From the NCBI GenBank assembly GCA_950097015.1, contig CATNEN010000007.1, forward strand, positions 6,510,001 to 6,574,000: a stretch of 64,000 bases of DNA. The letters run 5' to 3'. How positions within the stretch are numbered: the first letter of the stretch is position 1; each line of letters starts with the position of its first letter. Both the position numbers and the translations under genes were made by a program. Positions 43,063 to 55,800 of the stretch are shown piece by piece. Under the pieces are notes generated by a model that made no database searches, was not told the origin of the DNA, and saw nothing but the letters and a program-made list of their open reading frames with translations. This DNA comes from Macrostomum hystrix (Eukaryota > Animalia > Platyhelminthes).

Positions 43063-46000
43063 ATTGCTAATCCGGGCTGCATCTCGCTGCTTTTATATAT
43101 TTTTTGTTAATTAAAAGTAAAGTACTTATCTTCGTTCCTCGAACCCAGTTTCTGTTTAAGGCAGTGTTTTCACAGTGTACTCTTTGAGCACTCTTAAGTA
43201 CTCGTACTCTGGTACTCTTTAAGGGCGTAGCAATAGAGTACTCTGGTATTCATTTAAAGTGCGTACTTTGAAGTGGGCGAGTACTTTTTAAAGTGCAACG
43301 CATTTCAGTCTGTCATCATCAATCCTAATTTTGTACTATATGAAAGTGTCAATAATCGCTGGTACATTAGTACATTCTCGCAACGTAAAATTAGTAGATT
43401 TATTATATGCATTATAATTATGCATTATATGCAAGATACCTTGCTTAGGAAATAACAGATATGTTATCAGTCCCATTAATTATACCGTACGTACTGAAGT
43501 AACACAACATAATATATATGGTAACGTGGCTTGATGGCACTGCTAATGTGTGTGTCTGCCCATTCGTGTTGTTGCATGTACAAAACAAGTGCTGTTTGGA
43601 TAAATCTTTCCTTTAATTATGTTTTACGCTTTTTGACAGATGGGCATAGATAGACAGGTAGATAGATCTCATACTGTCTCTCTCACTCTCCGATTCTCCG
43701 CGCTCCCTCCCGCTGTTTTAATTTTGTTTATTTTGTTCCCTAATAAAAACAAAAATTCACCCTCTCCCTCCATATGTGGGTCCCACATTCGGCTGTCAGT
43801 CAGTCAAGGAGATATTAGCGCTCATCAAGATTTTGATACAGGAGTCAATGATGCAGTAGTCTGCTCTATTAAAGTGCTTCAGTGAGTATCCTCAGTACAA
43901 AGGCCGCTAAGTTTTGGAATATTTATTAAGTTTTTTGTTCAATTTAATGGGTGACATGATCAGAAGTAAAAAATAATTTCGAAATATTGAGCAATTAATG
44001 CACTTCGACCTGCTAAGGTGGCACACCTTCAATCTAGTTGTCCTTGGTATGTGCATGTGTGCAATAACATCTCTATACTACCACTATTGTTAATGAACTT
44101 TGTTTTTCATTATTATGTAATAACGGCCAGATTAGGAATTTGTTCTCAATATAGGATGATATAGTGTGTTGCCATGTAGACAACATTCAAGCATTCAAGC
44201 ATCGCTGAGATCACGGTTGACAAGGAAAGGTTAAATTGTTCCAAGCAGATTGCTGCTTAACACAAGCAAATCATATTGAATGTTTTATATTTCCTGCATC
44301 GGACATGAGCAGTTCACTTCATCTTATACATCCTGTCTATTTGATGTGCTCATGGACCTCTTACCGTCTAACTTAAAATAATTTTTCTACGAGTATAAAT
44401 TAATTACATCTTTCGATAGCATTAGAAATTCGATGACAATAATAACTTTAATAAAACCTTGCTATATTGTATTGATGTTAAGTCAGTTTGTGACCTCAAA
44501 AGAGCGCAATATGCACAATAACAAAACTTTTCTGCATCACATAACTTATATAGCAGTAGAAATAAATTCGCAGTGCACCAAAATGTTTCAAACCCAGTTT
44601 GCATTTCCGTAGAACAATTAGTGCAATCTAGTACAATATGCTGCATTAGTTGCCATTTTGGCTCAACGATATCGCTTGCATGCATATACCACCAATCGTA
44701 GAACTTTGAACTACGATACGGAGAAAATTCCATTTCCATTGCAATATAGTTGCGGCGGTGATGAACGAAACTGCAATAGCCTTTGCTGTGATGGCCTGAG
44801 CCTTTAAGATCAATTCAATTGATAATAGGAGGTGCAGATAGTGGTCTGTGCGCCAGCCAAATGAATCTAAGATGGCGAATGCCATGAAGAACATCATGAC
44901 TTGCACGCATTGACGAAAGCATGCAGCTTTTTAGCAAAGTTCTTGACGTTTAAGCTCAAAGCCTACACCGAATATGTTTAAATGGTGTCAGTTTAAATGC
45001 TATTGTAAAACAAGGCTTGGGTCATTAAATGTACTTTTCACCAAACTGGCGACAATATTCGGATGCAGTCAGCAGGCGAGCTCTGATTTTCCCTGTCAAC
45101 AGCTCCAGTTCGGCCAGCAGCAATTTATTTGGCGGAATCGACATGCAACTCCTGCATGTTGAACTGGAGCGAACCTTGAAGCCTGTATAAGACAGGTAGG
45201 TAAACAATGCGGGACAATATGCCACCCACCCCAGCCTAGCGCCAAGTGAATTATAGTGTTAAGAGTACAACGCAATGGGAACTGGATGCGCTTCGGTATG
45301 GGAACCAGCGCGCACAATTATGTACAGTCATGCCGCCCCAAGCTACTGTACTAGCTGCTGCTGCTGCTGCTGCTGTTGTGCGCATGTTTATACGTCAACC
45401 CCTCGCAACCAAATTGCACCAGCCAGCGAGTTACTCAGTGCAGTGCAATAAATAATCAATTTTTTAGGAGAAATTGCCAGGAAAATAAGTAGCGACTGCT
45501 CGGGGTGGGTCCGTGCGTTATCAAATTTCAAAATTCAGAATGGGCCTAAATTAATGAACCAAGCAAGGCCAAGCTTGGTTTGGTGAAACCGAAATGAATC
45601 AAGTGTTGAATGAATCAGTATTGAATAGGAGCAACTATTGTTACTACGCAGTAGGCCATTAAACTTGGCTTACAACTGCCCAGCATTCATACTCGGATAA
45701 TTAAGTTGCTGGCCAGAAAGTATCTGGTGTTGGGGCATGGTGGCTTTCTGGAGAGTGCAAGAGGGGATTTTTTCACCAATTTAGCATTACCAGCCCCGTC
45801 CTCAACCCTCCGGCTGTCGCTTTGTTGGCGTATTGATCTGGTTCTGCTAGTCCTTTCTCTCCCTCCGTTCTCTCTCTCTCCCTTCTCTGGAGGCCGTGTA
45901 CTGAAGCCGGCGGCGGAGGTGGGGCGGGCCGGGCGGGTGAGGAGGCTTTGCGGGTTCGGCTTGAATTAACGCCGGGCTGGGAGGAGTGATTATGAAAACG

Positions 46001-46823
46001 GACTGAGGAGTGAAAGGCCTGGGACAGGGCAGGGGCTGTTACGCGTGATGCGTGGAAGGGCGAAGTGACCCGCTTCTCCCTCTCCCCTCCAATTTCAGGG
46101 TTGGGGCAATAAAACCAAACGCGCCCTCTGAAATGGGATAGAGGAGAGTGAGAAGAGGGGAAGTTAAAATGCCCCGCAAAGCAAAAGCATAGGAAAAGGC
46201 CGGTGGGAGGTTGGCATGAGTGAGCGCGGGCGTTGAGGGGCAATTCCTGCAAGGCCTACAGTGTACATAGTGTACATAGCCCTCTCTCTAGTGTACATTG
46301 AGGCCTCCCCTCCCCTGTCCCCGGAATTGGCCAACCCTAGCCCAGGGCTGGCTGACTGTAAAGCATTGCACGCCAAGGGGTTGGCGGTGAAAACCGAATT
46401 GGGGAGGCTAGGCGTGGCTAAGGCGTTCTTAAGGATAAATTCATCAGTCCCGTTACGCCGTGCAGTAACTGCGTTGCGGCAGCTGCCAGTGTGTTATTAT
46501 TTTTATTTGTAGACATTTATTGATTACAAAGACTGACTGCAGGAGGGGCACGGGAGGAGGCCGAAGTCCGCTTAACCCAGGAGACTCAGAACTACACCAA
46601 GCGGCCGAAAGCAAGACGCCTTAATAGAATTGTTTAAAGCTATCTTTTCTCTAAACTAAATAGATCTTATCTTCGCGCAGTCTCTCAGCTTGTGGCCTTC
46701 AAACATTGAATATTTAATCGCTTAACACTCGAGACTATAATTGCTAAAAGAGGCTAGCGAAAGTCCAGCGTGTGTTCAAAGCCTGGCCATGCAAAGTAAT
46801 CATCTGTGGCGGATAAACTCGAC

Positions 46824-49800
46824 ATGACCTCAACAACTGCACTAAGAGAGGCGGCGAGGTGGCCATGGCTGCAGCCGATCGCTGGCCATCTTCTGCTTTT
46901 AGCCATTGCGGCGTGCAGCTATACCTGTGAGTGGCTCCCTCTTATGATTTCGACTCAAGTGACTTTGAGAATAGTTAGAAAAAATTAACTACGATTCCGC
47001 GACTCAAGTAGACTCATGCAATTTCATTCTGCCCTCTCTTAGGAGAAGAAGAATTATAAATTGCGGGCCCTGTGTTACCTCACTTTTCATGGGCCCGGGC
47101 CGACCGCTGCCGCTGCTGCTGCTGCTGTTGCTGTTTGCTGCTATAGTTGCATTTACTCCTTAAGCTGTTTTTCCGTTGCTAAACTACTAAGCGCTGCTTT
47201 GGCCACAGCCCTCGGTCCTCTCTCCACTCTCTCTCTATCAGCCGGGCCACACAGCACAGCCTGCTCGGGCCCAACATGTCCAGAATCTGGCTCAGTGCAA
47301 GCCAAGGCTATTGCTGTTGCTAGCTATGGCTCGGGGAGCTGGGCAGAGGGAACCGGACCGGAAAAAAGGGGGCTGGGAGAGGAGAGGAGAGGAGAGGACG
47401 CTGCTGCACAGCCTCCGTTCATGAATGGCGGCTCCAAGCAACAGCAGCAGCAGCAGCAGCAGTTAGTAACAGTACTCGTTAGTAACCCAAGGTCATACAG
47501 CAACTCGGGTGAACTGATTTTCAAACCTTCATATCCTAATTTTCTGTTCTGTGATCCAAGAGTTTAACGAAACAAATGATTATTTTATCAAACTCCTAAG
47601 CTATTACCGCCACTGTGATCGAAGACCTTTACTAAAACTGTTCGACCAGTCTAGGAGTACAGAAAAAAACTATTTGACCGCCCCATTCTGCACCTGCAAC
47701 CGCAAGGCGAGAGGCCATGGAGTGTAGGTGCAGGTGCTCATACACTGGCATTGACTCGCTGATCCCAGTGCACTTCCCGCCCAGCTGACTAACTCTATCG
47801 GTTATAGGGAACACAATGTGCGGAACTATTGTGAATGTGGCTCGCTTTGGAAGATTGTAAACATGAGAGAACGGGAGAGAGTGGGTGAGACTGTTTGTGA
47901 GCTAATTTGACTGCTAGCACTCGGTATGGCAGGTAAACGGGAGAAAGAAGAGATGCCCCACAGCCACTGATCCCCCAAATCTACTGATCCCCCAAATCTA
48001 CAGATCCACCAAATCTACAGATCCACCAAATCTACAGATCCACCAAATCTACAGATCCACCAAATCTACACATCCACCAAATCTACAGATCCACCAAATC
48101 TACAGATCCCCCAAATCTACAGATCCCCCAAATCTACAGATCCCAAAATCTACTGATCCCCAAAAATCTTCTATCAATCCCTCGATCTCTCAAAATGCCA
48201 GTTGTCACTAGTCAGCCGTCTGACCAACTCTCTGACCCACTCCCACCCCACCACTCGGCACCCGCAGCGTCGGCGATGATCATCGATCCAGCGGCTGGCG
48301 GAGTCGCCTTCCTGGCCGAGCCGCCCGCCACTTTCCTTGTGAGCTCGCCGGCTGCCACCAGCGTGAACTGCAGCCTGCTGGTTCAGGAGCACGGCCTTCG
48401 CCTGCGCTGGCGCTACGAAGAGATCGACCGGTCTGGCGGCGTCGGCGCCTCCTCCAGCATCGCCGCTTCGAATTACGTCGGCACAGACGCGTCGGCGGCG
48501 TCTAGCGGTGTTGGGCCGCCGTTCTACGACGCCGGCAACGGCCAGCTGGTGTTTCTGGCCGGCAGCAACGACGCCGACTTCGTTGCCAACGGCCTGCCGA
48601 AGTACAAGCTCTACTGCGAAGCCCGCACCAGCGGTGGGGTCGTTCGGTCCAGAATGCTTCAACCGAAGAAAGGTTTGTACTTTTATTATAACAAACCCCC
48701 CAACCCCTAGCCTGACACAGACCGATTTGGGCTGGCGAAGAGAAACAACCACCAGCCAGGCACAGATCGGTTTGGGGTGGGGCAGACAAACAACCCCTTG
48801 CCCGGCACAGACCGATTTGGGCTGGCGAAGAGAAACAACCACCAGCCAGGCACATACGGGTTTGGGGTGGGGCAGACAAACAACCTCCAGCCTGGCACAT
48901 ACGGGTTTGGGGTGGGGCAGACAAACAACCTCCAGCCTGGCACATACGGGTTTGGGGTGTGGCAGACAAACAGCGCCCCAGCCAATCAGACGTTAGAAGG
49001 CCGCATGAACTGATAGGGTGGCGTGAGCCACGTACACAAAAATGTCTCCGAAAGATTCTTAGAAATTCTGCGATTCACTAGTGCTCAAGAGAAGAAAGAG
49101 TGCAACTTCTCTGAGAAATTAAACCTTCTCGCAGTGCAGTACTGGACCCGAGAAGAAGAAGGGAAATGGAAGACTGTGCAACAGACGACAAATTAAAGAG
49201 AGGGAGAATGAAAGGGGGTGACGGCGGGTCATCTCCATCCAAGTGTGTAATTCGGAATACTTTTGTAAATGTAAGATTGGATTGTAAATCTAATTCCAAT
49301 CCCTGCCGTATCGGAGTCTGCTCATAGCCACAGACTGTTCTGTAGAAATTGAAAGCTTGTGTGGAGAATCGTGAGTTGCTACGCACTCCCCCGCATTCGC
49401 ATTTTCTCATCCGCAGAGGAGTGAGCGCGACATATTTTAATTGTTCTGCTGGGCATTTCTGTTAGTTAATTTCGCATTTAGAATTTACATTTGGCGCCTG
49501 TGTCAGCACGTGACGTGACTGTGAAGTGGAATTTGTGCTTATAGTCAGATGTAGTATTGCCAAGCGCTGTGTAGTCTTAGTAAGTCGTATAACGTTTAGT
49601 ATTTGTATAAAACGATCTATAGTTAATACTTTCTGCATATAGAATTCCTTCTGCTCCTCTTCCTTCTGCTCCTCCCCTTCTGCTCCTCCCTCTTCTGCTG
49701 CTCCCCTTCTGCTCCTCCCCCTTCTGCTCCTCCCCTTCTGCTCCTCTTCCTTCTGCTCCTCCCCTTCTGCTCCTCCCCCTTCTGCTCCTCCCCTTCTGCT

Positions 49801-52800
49801 CCTCCCCTTCTGCTCCTCCCCCTTCTGCTCCTCCCCTTCTGCTCCTCCCCCTTCTGCTCCTCCCCCTTCTGCTCCTCCCCTTCTGCTCCTCCCCTTCTGC
49901 TCCTCCCCCTTCTGCTCCTCCCCCTTCTGCTCCTCCCCTTCTGCTCCTCCCCCTTCTGCTCCTCCCCCTTCTGCTCCTCCCCTTCTGCTCCTCCCCTTCT
50001 GCTCCTCCCCCTTCTGCTCCTCCCCCTTCTGCTCCTCCCCTTCTGCTCCTCCCCCTTCTGCTCCTCCCCCTTCTGCTCCTCCCCCTTCTGCTCCTCCCCC
50101 TTCTGCTCCTCCCCCTTCTGCTCCTCCCCCTTCTTCTCCTCCCCCTTCTGCTCCTCCCCCTTCTGCTCCTCCCCCTTCTGCTCCCCCCCCTTCTTCTCCT
50201 CCCCCTTCTTCTCCTCCCCCTTCTGCTCCTCCCCCTTCTGCTCCTCCCCCTTCTGCTCCTCCCCCTTCTGCTCCTCCCCCTTCTTCTCCTCCCCCTTCTG
50301 CTCCTCCCCCTTCTGCTCCTCCCCCTTCTGCTCCTCCCCCTTCTGCTCCTCCCCCTTCTGCTCCTCCCCCTTCTGCTCCTCCCCACCTTCTCCTTCTCCC
50401 CTTCTCCCTCTCTCATCTCCGCCACGTCTCTCTCACCCTGCCGTAGCCTCACTGCCTCACAGTCAGTCGCTGGTAAGTTGCCATTCTTACCTTTGAGATG
50501 AACAATTTCCTATTCTCCATGCATAAAACGCATTGCCAAAATTGCGGCAACAATAAGTGCATCGAGTTTCATCCCCCCGGGGCTGAAACTTCCCTGCGGC
50601 CTCCTCTCTGTTTTCTTTTCCACCTCGATCTGAATCACTTCTGCTATTCTTCGCAGTTGCAGGTGCGCGGAGAGTTGGGGCGCAGAGCGACTGGCTCGGT
50701 GCCAACTTAATTTTTTAACTGCGTGTCACCGGGTCAAACTTTTCCTTAAAAGATGTAATCCTGGTCAAAGCTAAGACTTTAGTATGACTTTTTGCGGCTT
50801 TGCAATGCAGCTATCTACTGCAGGCAAACGACAATTTCAAATTTAGCTCAGTTTAATGTGCTTTTGGCCCTGCCTCTTAACACCTCCAATGGGAACTAGC
50901 TCAGGCTTAATTTCATACCAAACACTTTCAGTCTCTATTTTCTGTCTCCATTATTCCCTTTTTAATCTCTCATCTTCCCTCTATCCTTCTCCCTCCTTCA
51001 ATCTCTGTATCTTCCTCTCCCTCTCGCCTCTCTCTCCTCCCTCTCTCTCTCCTCTCCCTCTCTCCCCTCTCTCTCCTCTCCCTCTCTCCCCTCTCTCTCT
51101 CCTCTCCCTCTCTCCTCTCCCTCTCTCCCCTCTCTCCTCTCCCCCTCTCCCCCTCTCCCTCTCTAACCTCTCTCCCCCTCCCTCTCTAACCTCTCTTCCC
51201 TTCTCCCTCTCTAACCTCTCTCCCCCTCTCCCTCTCTCCCCCTCTCCCCCTCTCCCCCTCTCCCCCTCTCCCTCTCTAACCTCTCTCCATTTATCTCTGA
51301 TTTCTTTTTCTCTAAACTTTTCTCCTTGTCTCTCTCTGTCCCACCCTCTCGTTCGCAGCCATAGCCGCCAGTCCTTTCATTTTCCGGCACACTTTGATGT
51401 TAGCATGCGAATTCACAGCCGGCAGTGTACGCACAGCTCTGTGCAGCTGAGATTGTCCGAAATTGTAGGTACTGGCAGTGCCAGCCAAGCAAGCCTTATT
51501 TATGCTATACGCAGCGGAGTGAAGAAACGCAGAAAACGTCATTGCCAATGTTTAGCTACAGTACACACTGCATGTATATGGCTTATGGCTCACAAGGGTT
51601 AGCGATATTGAGTTACGAACCGATGCATCTCTACTGGCTTTCAAGCCATGGGGTGGGACTGAGGCAGACATGCTCGCATGAGAATCAATGCGGAACTAAG
51701 CAATGTGAATCAGATTGGCCAACACGATTCCCGTGCCCGCAGTGAGCACCTTGCGCACCTGCAAGCCGGTGCTGAACTGCTTCAGCGGCCATCTAAACGG
51801 CTCTGCGGTTTGCCAGCTGCAGACCGACCCCAACCTGCAGCGGCTCAGCGACAACTTCAAAATCGACTACTTCCGGGAGCCTCTGGCTGCTGACGATCGC
51901 TGCAGCAACAGCAACCAGGAGCTGCTGGTGTACAACCCGGCCAGGCCCAAGTACGCCACCTTCAACGCCGAGCGTGGCCAGCTGCACGTGATGTCGCTGA
52001 ACCAATCAGATACCAGGTACTGCTACCGGGCCAGGATCTCCCTGCTGGACTCGGCGAATCGCGAGGTCTACTGGAACATGTCGGAGCCCAGGCCCGTGCG
52101 AATCATCGAGTCTGTTGTCAGCCGGATTGAGGTCAGCCGGACCGAGGTGTCCTACAACTATCGCGACGGACTCAGTGTGCTGCTGCCCTGCTACGCTGGT
52201 GGCACAAGCCGCGGCGGCGCCGGCTACAGCTGGCGCAAGGACGGCGTCCCGCTGCCAGTTGGCGCGCCCGGCACCAAACAGAAGTACAACTACCTGGATG
52301 CCAATTCTGGCAACCTGCGGCTGCGCATCGATGGACGGAATGACTCGGGCAGCTATGAGTGCCAACACAATGACCATACTGTGCAATATGCCACCCTGCA
52401 CCTTTACAGTGAGGACGGGGGACTGAGGATCGGCTTGCTCAGTTCAAATCCTATTCTCCCACCTTGCCTCTGCCTCTCACCTTCCTCTGCCTCTCACCTT
52501 CCTCTGCCTCTCACCTTCCTCTGCCTCTCACCTTCCTCTGCCTCTCACCTTCCTCTGCCTCTCACCTTCCTCTGCCTCTCACCTTCCTCTGCCTCTCACC
52601 TTCCTCTGCCTCTCACCTTCCTCTGCCTCTCACCTTCCTCTGCCTCTCACCTTCCTCTGCCTCTCACCTTCCTCTGCCTCTCACCTTCCTCTGCCTCTCA
52701 CCTTCCTCTGCCTCTCACCTTCCTCTGCCTCTCACCTTCCTCTGCCTCTCACCTTCCTCTGCCTCTCACCTTCCTCTGCCTCTCACCTTCCTCTGCCTCT

Positions 52801-55800
52801 CACCTTCCTCTGCCTCTCACCTTCCTCTGCCTCTCACCTTCCTCTGCCTCTCACCTTCCTCTGCCTCTCACCTTCCTCTGCCTCTCACCTTCCTCTGCCT
52901 CTCACCTTCCTCTGCCTCTCACCTTCCTCTGCCTCTCACCTTCCTCTGCTTCTCTGCTCTGAGATGTACTTATTTTGCACGCCCTACGAGTAAGCGGCTG
53001 TCGTTCCCGCTCTCCCACCCACCCAGAGCCGCTGGAGGCGCACCTGCCAGTGCCGCAGGTGAGCGTGGATCACAATGCCAGCCTGTTATTGAACTGCACT
53101 GTCCGCGGCTGGCCGCTGAGCCGCATTTTCTGGCTGCGGAACGGTGTCCGCCTGCCGGCCGGCGATTCGCGCTGTCGCATGGAAACAATCATCGACGCCC
53201 AGGGGGACGGCGAAAGCGCCGGCCGGCTGACCATCGCTGGAATCGGTCTGGCCGACAGGGGTGCCTATCAGTGCGTGGCCGAGCGGGACCTGGCCGTCTC
53301 GTCTCTGGTGCCGTATGACTCGGCTCAGGACACCCTGATGCTGACCGTCAACAGTGAGAGCTTGCGTCATTAGCAACATTTAGAAATAATGTCATTAGCA
53401 ACCACTTTTCTGAGAGCCCTTAAAAACGATGTAATTAGCAACCTTCTCCACAAAAACGATGTCATAAGAAATTATTTTCCTCGGAACCCTTACAATCGAT
53501 GTCATTAGCAACCATTTCCCCCAAACCCTTAGATACGAAGACCCTTAGAAACAATGCCACTAGCAACTGGAATTCAAACCTCGAACCGTCTCACTCGCAG
53601 AGGCACCGCCGCAGCTGATTGAGCAGTCGCCAGAGCTGCCATTCGCCCCGGCCTTTCTCAACGGCAGCGACTCCGGGCAGTTCAGCTGCCTGTTCCGCGC
53701 CGTTGTCCAGCCCGTCATTCGAGTTACCCTGGACGGCAGCGCTGCCTTGTTCGACGACTTGCAGAGCCGCAGCGTGTTCCACTTCCAGAAGGACGACCGT
53801 GGTCTCGGAGACGTGTTCGCGGTGCTCAAATATTATCCCAGCAGCCTTGAGCACACGGGGCGCATTGCTATCGAGGCCAGGAATGCCTATGGAGTGGCCA
53901 ATTGCAGGATGACTCTGTTTGCCGCTGTGCAGCGTGAGTAGCCTTGCTCAGTACCCTGCGTATTTCCCTTCATCTACCTGGCCCTCCCTTCATCTACCTG
54001 GCCCTCCCTTCATCTACCTGGCCCTCCCTTCATCTACCTGGCCCTCCCTTCATCTACAGGCCCTCCCTTCATCTACAGGCCCTCTCTTCATCTACCTGGC
54101 TTTCCCTTTATCTACCTGGCCCTCCCTTCATCTACCTGGCCCTCCCTTCATCTACCTGGCCCTCCCTTCATCTACCTGGCCCTCCCTTCATCTACCTGGC
54201 CCTCCCTTCATCTACCTGGCCCTCCCTTCATCTACCTGGGGTTCCCTTCATCTACCTGGGGTTCCCTTCATCTACCTGGCCCTCCCTTCATCTACCTTGC
54301 CCTCCCTTCATCTACCTGGCCCTCCCTTCATCTACCTGGCCCTCCCTTCATCTACCTGGCCCTCCCTTCATCTACCTGGCCCTCCCTTCATCTACCTGGC
54401 CCTCCCTTCATCTACCTGGCCCTCCCTTCATCTACCTGGCCCTCCCTTCATCTACCTGGCCCTCCCTTCATCTACCTGGCCCTCCCTTCATCTACAGGCC
54501 CTCCCTTCATCTACAGGCCCTCTCTTCATCTACCTGGCTTTCCCTTTATCTACCTGGCACTCCCTTTATTTACCTGGTTCTCAACTCGTCTCCTCGCTAA
54601 CCATTCCTTCATCTCCTACTAACTCTCCCTTCATCCCCTCCTAACTCTCCCTTTATTTCCACCCTAGCACTCTCTTCATCTCATCCCTAACTCTCTCGTC
54701 ATCTCGTGCCTGCTAATCACGCAGCTCCGGTGCTGCTGGTGCGAGATTTCGAGCGACAACAGCTGGCCGTCTTCGACAAGCCGTTCAACCTCGACTGCAA
54801 TGTCCTCGGCGGCCTGAACGCCAAGGCTTCGTCAGCTCTACAGCGAGTGCGACTGGCCTATCCTGGACTCCAGGTGCCCACCTACAGCCTGGGATGGCAG
54901 ATGCGGACGGGCTCCGGCCGGCTGCTGGTGCTGCCCAAGGACCACATGATGCATGTCAACGATCCCGCCTTGCCAGACCGTCTGCACGTGACCTCTGTGA
55001 AGTTGGACGACGCTGGAATGTGAGCCCAAATCACATTAGAAATCACTCGGATTTTTTAAATTCCCATCTTAATATTCGGTCCTAAAAATGATTATCCCAA
55101 AAAATTTACCCGAAAATACTCCGAGTTAAAATTTCCCAAAATATCCCAAATTGAAATATCCCAAACTTAAATTTTCCAAACGAAAATATCCCAAATGATA
55201 AACTACCAAATTAAAATATCCCCACAAACAAATGCTCATATCCCAGACTGGAAATTTCCAGATTGAAATATCCCACATTCCCAATGTCACTTCCCAATCG
55301 ACCACGTCAGTTACACCTGCAAGGCCAAGCTGGGCGACAGTCGTACGGCCTACACGGTCACGACTCTAGCGCCGCAGGCCTCCACCACCGTCTCTGTGGT
55401 GCACGGCATCAGCGTGTCCAACCTGCAGGACCAGCTCAACCTGGAGTCCGGGCTAACCATTGCCGATACTTGCAAGCCCATCAACTCACCGACTGGCTGG
55501 TGGCTGGCCTGGTGGACCTACCGGCGCGACGGAGAAGCTCATGACATGCCGCTGCCGGACAGCGCTGTAGGGGTGCGTGGCCTTGCAACATGGATGGCGG
55601 GCTAACAGTAGCCATAGACAGTGGACTAGCAGTAGCCATAGATAGTGGACTAGCAGTAGCCATCGACAGTGGACTAGCAGTAGCCATAGACAGTGGACTA
55701 GCAGTAGCCATAGACAGTGGACTAGCAGTAGCCATAGACAGTGGACTAGCAGTAGCCATCGACAGTGGACTAGCAGTAGTCATAGACAGTGGACTAGCAG

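Larger units (their letters stand above)
31311..44037 (+). mobile_element. Non-autonomous Helentron/Helitron2-like element C (same family as B), with nested Gypsy and LOTUS cargo
   Basis: Same termini as B (TTAGGTCGAAGTGCA ... TGCACTTCGACCT-hairpin-CTAG). The right boundary is defined by the empty site at 5258. Confidence 0.8.

Noticed and set aside
18197-44037. Autonomous Helitron (Rep/helicase) or cut-and-paste transposase
   Set aside because: No HUH-Rep, PIF1 helicase or DDE transposase ORF is visible. The 3' IRs are subterminal, which does not fit ordinary TIR elements.
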